IMG/VR virus record: IMGVR_UViG_3300047471_000162
Coordinates: 1-64,000 of that record
Length of the DNA: 64,000 nucleotides
Strand: one strand, 5' to 3'
Origin: a virus
The stretch's first letter is position 1. Each line of letters starts with the position of its first letter. Shown piece by piece: positions 15,299 to 22,540 of this stretch. Made by a program: the position numbers and the translations under genes. The notes under the pieces were generated by a model. The model made no database searches. It worked only from the letters and a program-made list of their open reading frames with translations, and was not told the origin of the DNA.

Positions 15299-16876
15299 AT
15301 GGCTAAGTTCAATCAGGTAGTTAAGACAGGTGTACAGTCCCCTATTAAGACTACAGTTAAGACTGTAAACGCTGATGGTTTCGCAGCATTTCAGAGGGAT
15401 ACCAAGTCAGAGCTGTTCCTCCTGGCAGTATCCAACTTTGTTGGGCAGGATATGTTCTATGAGAATGCAAAGAACCGTGATGACCGTTTTGCCAAGCTCT
15501 GCCAGGCAGTAGCTGTGCAGGATTCCGACTGGTTCCGCAAGTTCGTGGGTTGGCTCCGTAATGGTGCTCAGATGCGTTCTGCGTCCATCGTAGCGGCTGC
15601 TGAGGGTGCTAAGGCACTTCTAGACGCTGGCGCGGTGAATGGCTCTCCTAGGGCCCTTGTAGCGGCTTCTATGGCACGTGCTGATGAGCCTGGTGAGTTC
15701 CTGGCATACTGGACTTCTAAGTATGGTAAGAATCTGCCTCAGTCGATTAAGAAGGGTGTTGCTGATGCGGCTAACCGTCTCTACAACGAGTACTCTCTTC
15801 TTAAGTACGATACGGATTCCAAGGGGTTCCGTTTTGCTGATGTTCTTCAGCTTAGCCACGCTAAGGCAAAGGATGCAAAGCAGAACGACCTTTTCCACTA
15901 TGCACTGAACCGTCGTTATGGTAAGGAGCACGTTATTTGGCATCACAATGCGCAAATTCCATTGAATCTTCCTATGATTGACATTCGACGTTTTATTATG
16001 GATCTTCCAGTTAATAAGCGCCGTGACTACCTGTCAAAGGCTCCTGAAGCCTTTAAGAGTGCGGGTATGACTTGGGAGGCTCTTGCAGGATGGCTTCAGG
16101 GTCCTATGGATGCTCAGGCTTGGCAGTCAGTTATTCCCAACATGGGTTATATGGCACTGCTTCGTAACCTTCGTAACTTCCAGGAAGCGGGCGTGGATAC
16201 TAAGGTATTCAAGTCTGTGCTGACTAAGCTATCCAATAAGGATGAGGTTGCAAAGTCTCGTCAGTTCCCTTTCCGATTCCTGTCTGCCTACCAGGCAAAT
16301 CTGGGTAACCTCAAGATTGCTGCGGCTCTCGAAGAGGCACTAGAGTCTTCTCTTATTAACGTTCCGGCGCTATCTGGTAAGACTTTGATCCTGGTTGACC
16401 GCTCTGGTAGCATGTTCTGGAGCAATGATGACAAGATGAACCTGACGCTTGCCGATCAGGCAGCGATCTTCGGATCCTCTTTGGCACTGCGTGCTGAGAG
16501 TGCTACACTGGTCCAGTTCGGCTCTAGCTCCTCTGAGATCAACTTCCGCAAGGGAGATTCTGTTCTCAAGTTGGTCAAGGACAGTTTCATTGGGATGGGT
16601 GGCACAGCTACAGATCGTGCTATCAAGGCGCACTTCAAGGATCATGATCGTGTTATTCTCATCACTGATGAGCAGTACAACTCTGGTCATGCTCCTTCTG
16701 TACCTAAGGGCACTCCGATGTACACGTGGAACCTTGGTGGATACCCGGCTGCTCAGGCAGAGTCCGGTAGCAACAAGAAGCACACATTCGGTGGCTTGAC
16801 TGACAAGGCATTCAGTATGATCCCTATGCTTGAGTCTGGTCAGTCTGGCGTTTGGCCTTGGGATCTGGTAGAGTAG
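15299..16876 (+). CDS. Ro60/Rsr-like TROVE-domain RNA-binding protein with C-terminal VWA domain
   Basis: FYE...RF, RADEPGE, MTWE, MGYMALLRNLRN, SRQFPFRFLSAY, LVDRSGSM (MIDAS), ITDEQ; AAGGAGG RBS places the start at 15299. Confidence 0.93.
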   Translation: MAKFNQVVKTGVQSPIKTTVKTVNADGFAAFQRDTKSELFLLAVSNFVGQDMFYENAKNRDDRFAKLCQAVAVQDSDWFRKFVGWLRNGAQMRSASIVAAAEGAKALLDAGAVNGSPRALVAASMARADEPGEFLAYWTSKYGKNLPQSIKKGVADAANRLYNEYSLLKYDTDSKGFRFADVLQLSHAKAKDAKQNDLFHYALNRRYGKEHVIWHHNAQIPLNLPMIDIRRFIMDLPVNKRRDYLSKAPEAFKSAGMTWEALAGWLQGPMDAQAWQSVIPNMGYMALLRNLRNFQEAGVDTKVFKSVLTKLSNKDEVAKSRQFPFRFLSAYQANLGNLKIAAALEEALESSLINVPALSGKTLILVDRSGSMFWSNDDKMNLTLADQAAIFGSSLALRAESATLVQFGSSSSEINFRKGDSVLKLVKDSFIGMGGTATDRAIKAHFKDHDRVILITDEQYNSGHAPSVPKGTPMYTWNLGGYPAAQAESGSNKKHTFGGLTDKAFSMIPMLESGQSGVWPWDLVE

Positions 16877-17005
16877 TTTTTACAAGATAAGGGTAAGTCT
16901 TTTCTAGAGGGAACCCTTGGGTACAAGATATGCTGAGTACAGATAGGCAAATGCTTGTAAACTGATCCTCCACCATCTGATTTGGGGGATGCCTCTAGGA
17001 GTCTT

Positions 17006-17079
17006 GGGCTTGTAGCTCCAATTGGAAGAGCAACTGATTTGCACTCAGTAGGTTGTCGGTTCGAGTCCGACCTGGTCCA
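17006..17079 (+). tRNA. tRNA-Ala(TGC)
   Basis: ACTGA-TTTGCAC-TCAGT; G3:U70. Confidence 0.9.
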
Positions 17080-17112
17080 CTCCTGTACAGAAAACTACAA
17101 GGAGGCAAAATA

Positions 17113-17343
17113 ATGGCTAAGAACTACGTTAAGATTAATGGTATTAAGATTGGTCCTCCAGCACCCGGTGGCTGGACTGCTGAGGATGTTGCTTCTTGGA
17201 ATTTTGATGAGAACGGTACTCCGCGCAACCATAATCCTACGCGTTGTCAGTATGTAGGTGGACTTCTCACCAAGAGTCGTTGTACTCGCGATGCTGAATC
17301 TGGAAATGCCTACTGTTCTCGGCACATTGGCAAGGGTGCCTAA
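17113..17343 (+). CDS. Small C3H Zn-finger-like protein
   Basis: AGGAGG RBS before MAKNY; RCQY...RC......YCSRH. Confidence 0.7.
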   Translation: MAKNYVKINGIKIGPPAPGGWTAEDVASWNFDENGTPRNHNPTRCQYVGGLLTKSRCTRDAESGNAYCSRHIGKGA

Positions 17344-17369
17344 GTTAAACAGGCGCGAAAGCGCCTTAT

Positions 17370-17440
17370 GCTCCGCAAGCATTAAGGTGATGTAACTGGC
17401 TCTTACCCAGTGGAACACGGTTCGATACCGTGGCGGAGTA
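17370..17440 (+). tRNA. tRNA-Lys(CTT)
   Basis: ACTGG-CTCTTAC-CCAGT. Confidence 0.88.
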
Positions 17441-17510
17441 CAACACGTAGTTGCAACTACGTATAGGTGTGTTGGGGTTCAACTCCCAGTGGTAAACAAC
17501 ACACTGATTT

Positions 17511-17583
17511 GCCCCCTTAGCTCAATGGTAGAGTACCGGACTTTTAATCCGTGGAGTTGTCGGTTCGAGTCCGACAGGGGGCA
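17511..17583 (+). tRNA. tRNA-Lys(TTT)
   Basis: CGGA-CTTTTAA-TCCG. Confidence 0.9.
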
Positions 17584-17718
17584 CATGGATGAAATATATG
17601 AATTTGGCAGTAAGGTCGCCTTTAGGTGTTCTGGTTGTGGTAAGACTGAAGGTGGCTTTATGGATAGAGTAGCAGCCCAGGTAGCTCTACGCTTACATAA
17701 GATTGGATGTAAGAAAAG

Positions 17719-18210
17719 TTGACAGTACCCATTGCTGGTGATTTTGGATTAGTACCAATTAAGGGAACTACAGGTTTTCTTATACGAGTTGGTCAATGGC
17801 TCAATGGTGATGGCTTTAAGAACTATGAGCATGCTTTTGTATATATTGGTGACGATAAGATAGTAGAAGCTGAACCAGGCGGAGCTAGAGTAGCAGACCT
17901 TAGTGAGTACGATGGTCGTAGTGTCCTCTGGAGTACTGACAAGGTACAGTTGACCGATGAGCAGAGAACGGCCGTCGTAGGAGCGGCACAGGGCTTTGTA
18001 GGGGTACCCTACAGCTTCCTTGACTACCTACTCCTGGCTCTTAAGCGACTGCACATCTCAGTACCGATTTTGAACAAGCGTGTGCTAGAGTCCAAGCATC
18101 TTATCTGTAGTCAGCTAGTAGCTGAAGCTGAGGCAGTGGGAGGTATATTGCTAACGAGCAAGCCAGCGTATACAGTAACCCCAGCAGATCTAGCCAATAT
18201 AATCGCGTAA
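17719..18210 (+). CDS. Permuted papain-like NlpC/P60 (YaeF/YiiX-type) protein
   Basis: GD...H(AFVYIG)...VEA...PY...ICSQLV, with His before Cys. Confidence 0.8.
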   Translation: MTVPIAGDFGLVPIKGTTGFLIRVGQWLNGDGFKNYEHAFVYIGDDKIVEAEPGGARVADLSEYDGRSVLWSTDKVQLTDEQRTAVVGAAQGFVGVPYSFLDYLLLALKRLHISVPILNKRVLESKHLICSQLVAEAEAVGGILLTSKPAYTVTPADLANIIA

Positions 18211-18227
18211 TAAACAAGGAGGCAACC

Positions 18228-19136
18228 ATGTTTAATAAGCTTTTCAAGTCCAATACAATCCGAACCACTACCACAACTGTTATTGCATCTGGCAATGGTG
18301 CAGTAGCTGCTGGTGGGAGTATCACTGTTATTGGCAGCGGTAATCAGGTTGTAGGATCCGGCGCATATGGTAATGTGTTTACTACAGCTTTTAGTAACAA
18401 GGCTCTTCGTAGTGTGACTCTTCGATTTGGAGATACTACTAAGGCAGCTGTGAGTCTCAATAAGTCTGCTAGTGTGTCTCTGACTAAGAAGGTTGCCGAT
18501 TCTGTGGCATCCCTCAGTCGTGGAAAGATTATGGGTATCCGTATGGATGTTCTTGCTTTTATTGATGCATCAGGTTCTATGAACTATCTTTACAATAACA
18601 ACACTGTAGATGATGTCACTGAGCAGGGTTTGGCGCTAGCTATGACTATTGATGAGGACGGTGTTATTCCTACTGGTACCTTTGGCTCTAACTTCTCTTG
18701 GCGAGCTGATGTTACTCAGAATAACTACCAGGGTGTAGTTACCCGGGAGAATTTCTTTACAGGAGGTTCTACTAATCTTTCCGCTGCTCTCGCCTCTTTG
18801 GAGGAGGCAGCCAAGAAGGCTACTAATCCTATTTATGCCATGATCGTTACTGATGGCGCTCCGAATGATCGTGTGGATGTTGTAAAGCGCATTCGCCGCC
18901 TGTCTCAGTATCCTGTCTTTATCAAGTTCCTTGTTGTGGGCAATGATGCTCGTGCTTGGAAGTTTGTTGAGGATGACTTGAATAATATGGATAGTAGTCT
19001 GCGACTGGTGGATAATGTAAACTCCCGTAGGATCCTTAATCTTAACGAGTTGACTTCTGAGAAGTTTGCAGATCTTCTTACCGAAGAGTTGCCCGAGTGG
19101 GTTGATGCAGCTAAGGCTGCTGGTCTGCTTGTATAG
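18228..19136 (+). CDS. VWA domain protein (TerF-associated vWA-like)
   Basis: IDASGSM, GGSTN and IVTDGAP MIDAS motifs; FIKFLVVG. Confidence 0.85.
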   Translation: MFNKLFKSNTIRTTTTTVIASGNGAVAAGGSITVIGSGNQVVGSGAYGNVFTTAFSNKALRSVTLRFGDTTKAAVSLNKSASVSLTKKVADSVASLSRGKIMGIRMDVLAFIDASGSMNYLYNNNTVDDVTEQGLALAMTIDEDGVIPTGTFGSNFSWRADVTQNNYQGVVTRENFFTGGSTNLSAALASLEEAAKKATNPIYAMIVTDGAPNDRVDVVKRIRRLSQYPVFIKFLVVGNDARAWKFVEDDLNNMDSSLRLVDNVNSRRILNLNELTSEKFADLLTEELPEWVDAAKAAGLLV

Positions 19137-19162
19137 TATTAAGTAGCCCTTTGGGGCTATAT

Positions 19163-19235
19163 GTCACCGTAGCTCAGGGGATAGAGCACTTCGCTACGAA
19201 CGAAGGGGTCGGGGGTTCAAATCCCTCCGGTGACA
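19163..19235 (+). tRNA. tRNA-Arg(ACG)
   Basis: CTTCG-CTACGAA-CGAAG. Confidence 0.92.
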
Positions 19236-19283
19236 CAGGGATACCTAAACCATGTTGAGACGCACCCTAGAAAGCCTTAATAT

Positions 19284-19844
19284 ATGGTGGCTCCGCCAGA
19301 GGCCATAATGATCTGGTTTTATACTTCAAGCACGGAGGTTTACTTGTCTCGTACTTATAGCCATCGTCCTCATTGGGTTAAGCTAAACGATCCTAAAACA
19401 CCTACTAAAGAACGTCATCAGCACTACGTAGTAAAGAAGGAAAAAGTAGGAGAAGAATTAGTAGAGACGTATGCATGGCGCCGAGATTTGGATATGCCAA
19501 AGCATACATATACAAGAGCTATCTACTATCGATGGACTGAGCAAGTTCCCTGTACTATTGACATTCCAGAGCATAGCTGGCAAGATCGCAGTAAGTATCC
19601 TGATAAGCTGTGCGATAAACGACTACTATTTACTGTAGGCTGTCCTTGCTGCTCTCGCCGCTACACGAAGCGCTTGACCAACGGAGCTAGACGTAGTAAG
19701 GTTAACCAAGCAATGAATAGTGCAGTACGGGATCTGGGCAAGTGGATACTTCTACCAGATGATGTTATTGCGTATGATGAAGCTTGGGATGATGTTGACA
19801 TCAATCCTGTTAGCAAGTACGATAGTCCTTATTGGTGGGACTAG
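19284..19844 (+). CDS. Hypothetical protein
   Basis: ORF; start probably TTG near 19344 after GGAGG. Confidence 0.7.
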   Translation: MVAPPEAIMIWFYTSSTEVYLSRTYSHRPHWVKLNDPKTPTKERHQHYVVKKEKVGEELVETYAWRRDLDMPKHTYTRAIYYRWTEQVPCTIDIPEHSWQDRSKYPDKLCDKRLLFTVGCPCCSRRYTKRLTNGARRSKVNQAMNSAVRDLGKWILLPDDVIAYDEAWDDVDINPVSKYDSPYWWD

Positions 19845-19858
19845 CCCGAAAGGGTATC

Positions 19859-19931
19859 GCCTCTGTAGCTCAAGGGATAGAGCAAGCGGTTTCTACCCGC
19901 TAGGTTGGGAGTTCGAATCTCTCCAGGGGCA
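19859..19931 (+). tRNA. tRNA-Arg(TCT)
   Basis: AGCGG-TTTCTAC-CCGCT. Confidence 0.92.
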
Positions 19932-19970
19932 CGTAAGAACCATATCGATATAATAATCTGGAGGCTATAA

Positions 19971-20183
19971 ATGGGTATCTTCAATCGTGGTGGTGGACCT
20001 TCGGGTACTCCTGCGGAAGAGGATGACACAGTTATCGGTGTTCGTGGTTCGGCCGCTAATAAGGGTCGTGGTAAGGTAACAGCAGAGCGTACTAGATTTG
20101 GTGACTCTACTGTGGATGTAACTTGGGAGAATGGTACTAAGGGAACTTATGCCCAGTGGGAAGTTGCTGGTACTAACATCTAA
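19971..20183 (+). CDS. Small SH3-like hypothetical protein
   Basis: GGAGG RBS; G.GKV...VDVTWENG. Confidence 0.7.
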   Translation: MGIFNRGGGPSGTPAEEDDTVIGVRGSAANKGRGKVTAERTRFGDSTVDVTWENGTKGTYAQWEVAGTNI

Positions 20184-20207
20184 GTAAAACGGGGCGAAAG
20201 CCCTTAT

Positions 20208-20278
20208 GCCCGCTTAGTTCAATGGGAGAACAACGGTTTTACACACCGTTTACGGGGGTTCGATTCCCTCAGTGGGTA
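20208..20278 (+). tRNA. tRNA-Val(TAC)
   Basis: ACGGT-TTTACAC-ACCGT. Confidence 0.9.
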
Positions 20279-20287
20279 CGCTTTAAT

Positions 20288-20366
20288 GGGGATCATCTGG
20301 ATTCGACTAGCTTTAAAGCCGCATGTCGGACAGGCTAGGAAGGGGGTTCAAATCCCCCGATCTCCA
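20288..20366 (+). ncRNA. Minimal tmRNA-like RNA (tRNA-like domain only)
   Basis: GGGGATC-ATCTGGATTCGAC 5' end like ssrA; G3:U70; CTAGCTT/AGGCTAG helix; T arm; GATCTCCA 3' end; no tag ORF. Confidence 0.8.
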
Positions 20367-20370
20367 CTTT

Positions 20371-20447
20371 GCTACCAGACCTAAATCACAAGGCGTGGTA
20401 ACGCTCTGCAAAAGCGTTGGTTCGGAGTTCGACTCTCCCTGGTAGCT
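20371..20447 (+). tRNA. tRNA-Cys(GCA)
   Basis: ACGCT-CTGCAAA-AGCGT; U73. Confidence 0.85.
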
Positions 20448-20451
20448 CTTT

Positions 20452-20540
20452 GGAGATGTGGCTGAGTCTGGTCTAAGGCGCTTCACTGCTAATGAAGAGA
20501 CTCCGAAAGGGGTCCGCAGGTTCAAATCCTGTCATCTCCG
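20452..20540 (+). tRNA. tRNA-Ser(GCT)
   Basis: CTTCA-CTGCTAA-TGAAG; long variable arm. Confidence 0.92.
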
Positions 20541-20725
20541 CATTAAGGAGGAAATATGATGCAAGTAACAAGAGACGTAGAAATTATGTGTCTATGTGGT
20601 AGAAAGAAGACAGTAACTCTCACTTATAGAGATACTACTGATTCTTACTACAGAGAATTAGAGCATGCAAAGCAAACGTTTGCTAGAGCACATAATTGTC
20701 GAGCATAATAACTAGAAGGGCTATA

Positions 20726-20890
20726 ATGGCTAAGCAGTTCAAGCAGGATCAGGAAGTCAAGGTTGCCAGTGCCTATAGGGGTAAGATCCTGGGTAAGGAT
20801 TGGAATAATGACAGTCTGTATCGTGTAGAGCTTTTGGAAGGTCCACAAAAGGGTAAGGTCATTAGCTATACGGTAGATATGCTAAAGTAA
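20726..20890 (+). CDS. Small SH3-like hypothetical protein
   Basis: MAKQFKQDQEVKV... Confidence 0.6.
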   Translation: MAKQFKQDQEVKVASAYRGKILGKDWNNDSLYRVELLEGPQKGKVISYTVDMLK

Positions 20891-20914
20891 GTAGTAAGGG
20901 GCTTCGGCCCACCT

Positions 20915-21001
20915 GGAAGCGTCGCATAGTGGTCTAGTGCAGCGTCTTGGAAAGGCGCCAGGGTATCCACTCCCTCATGGGTTCGACTCCCATCGTTTCC
21001 G
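20915..21001 (+). tRNA. tRNA-Ser(GGA)
   Basis: GCGTC-TTGGAAA-GGCGC. Confidence 0.9.
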
Positions 21002-21010
21002 CTTTACAAT

Positions 21011-21094
21011 GGAGGATCTAACACCGGTGGCGTGGCAGGGTCTTGAAAACCCTACGGTGTAAAAGCCGTGAGCGTTCGAATCGCTCATCCTCCG
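21011..21094 (+). tRNA. tRNA-Ser(TGA)
   Basis: AGGGT-CTTGAAA-ACCCT. Confidence 0.88.
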
Positions 21095-21100
21095 CTTTAT

Positions 21101-21187
21101 GGATAGGGTCGTACTAAGGCCAAGTACAGGGGTGCGGTAAGCATCTTGTCCGACGGGACAATGGAGGTTCGAATCCTTCTCTATCCA
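21101..21187 (+). tRNA. Atypical tRNA (Tyr GTA-like, G33, long variable arm)
   Basis: GGATAGG/TCTATCC; loop CGGTAAG; TTGTCC/GGACAA arm. Confidence 0.55.
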
Positions 21188-21191
21188 CTTT

Positions 21192-21267
21192 CCTCCTATG
21201 GCCAAGTTTGGTAACGGCGCCCGTCTTATAAGCGGGAGATGCGCAGGTTCAAATCCTGCTGGGAGGA
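21192..21267 (+). tRNA. tRNA-Ile(TAT)
   Basis: CCCGT-CTTATAA-GCGGG. Confidence 0.9.
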
Positions 21268-21283
21268 CTTTATAACTAAATAC

Positions 21284-21355
21284 CCGGAGATCATATAACG
21301 GTTATTATGGCGCTCTGATAAAGCGCTCACGGGAGTTCGACTCTCCCTCCCCGGA
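21284..21355 (+). tRNA. tRNA-Ile(GAT)
   Basis: GCGCT-CTGATAA-AGCGC. Confidence 0.88.
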
Positions 21356-21357
21356 CT

Positions 21358-21428
21358 GTGACTATAGCTCAATGGTAGAGCGCCGCGTTGTGGTCGCGGT
21401 CATGAGGGTTCGATTCCCTCTAGTCACC
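21358..21428 (+). tRNA. tRNA-His(GTG)
   Basis: CCGCG-TTGTGGT-CGCGG; C73. Confidence 0.9.
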
Positions 21429-21430
21429 CC

Positions 21431-21499
21431 TGCCGTAAGCACAGGGTGCAGGCGGGCCTGTAAAGCCCTTCCATGTGGGTTCGATTCCTACTACGGCAA
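21431..21499 (+). tRNA. tRNA-Tyr(GTA), compact form with mini D arm
   Basis: TGCCGTA/TACGGCA; GCAC-AGG-GTGC; CTGTAAA loop. Confidence 0.8.
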
Positions 21500-22109
21500 C
21501 TTTAAGCTCTATCTATTGATAGAGCTTTTCTTTTACCCTAAACTCGTACCACGAAGGAGTATGCATGATAGATCGAAAGTGCGACGCTGGAGGATATTGT
21601 AAGTGGAAGATTATAAGAGCTATAGATCCTTTTAGTAAGGAAGAGTTTATAGAGGTTGTCTGTAGTAAGTGCGGAGTCACTGGAGAGAAGTGAGGATAGT
21701 ATGACGGAAGACAGAGAACCTAACACTACTCGGTGCACTCCATACTTCTAGCGGCTGCACACGGGCCGCTAAGGCTGTGTCAGAGGGGCAGGGACCTAAG
21801 ACCATCACCCACCCCGTTACAACGCTCTCAGGGGCCCTTGCAGCCCCTCCTAGGGATAACGCTGAAGGTTACGTAGTCTACTTCCCCGACCTGGACTACC
21901 GTGTCAAGATCAAGTAGGGTGGGCCCCGATGATGTAACTACCATGGGTAACTAACACTAATGGCGGTCTAGCTGCTATTATCTAATCAGAAATAGCACTA
22001 GACCACTATTCTAAACTTATCTGTGACACTCACTTGGAAAACTTATGGGCCTTTTGGTTATAGGCTATTTTTCCATTTATACATAATCTAGACCATAAGT
22101 GAGTCGCAG

Positions 22110-22466
22110 ATGACTATGCAGCCAGACCAGACCACATCTGAGAGATGGTCATGGGCTGTCCAGAGAGAGCTGGATGGCTTTCAGCGCACTGTGGATAATA
22201 AGTTCGCAGAATTGGCCAATCGAGTAGATAAGAGTGTAAGCACTGTTGAATATGTCGCTGATAAGCGAGCAGTAGATATTCAACGTGATAATATACTTCA
22301 ACATATAGCCGATATAAAAAAAGATTTAGAAGACGAAATAAGAGAGCGTAAGCACGCTCATGAAGAGTATGTGAAATCCAGACAGTCTCAATTCCGCTGG
22401 TTTGTGTCGATGATCATAATCCCGGTAGTGCTAGGTGTCGTACAGCTGGTGATGTCCTCTAAGTAA
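22110..22466 (+). CDS. Coiled-coil protein with C-terminal TM segment
   Basis: ORF; hydrophobic C-terminus. Confidence 0.75.
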   Translation: MTMQPDQTTSERWSWAVQRELDGFQRTVDNKFAELANRVDKSVSTVEYVADKRAVDIQRDNILQHIADIKKDLEDEIRERKHAHEEYVKSRQSQFRWFVSMIIIPVVLGVVQLVMSSK

Positions 22467-22469
22467 GTC

Positions 22470-22498
22470 TTGACACAAAGATCTCCGTGGTATATTAT
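22470..22498 (+). promoter_or_regulatory. Sigma70-type promoter embedded in an inverted repeat
   Basis: TTGACA-17-TATTAT; AAGATCTCCGTGG...CCACGGAGATCTT. Confidence 0.7.
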
Positions 22499-22540
22499 CT
22501 TAAATGTGCCACGGAGATCTTATTTATAGAGAGAGGTAAT

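Noticed and set aside
8461-21602. ORF-track entries overlapping tRNAs (8461, 9531, 11025, 11219, 20313, 20975, 21372)
   Set aside because: They overlap clear tRNA cloverleaves and lack RBSs
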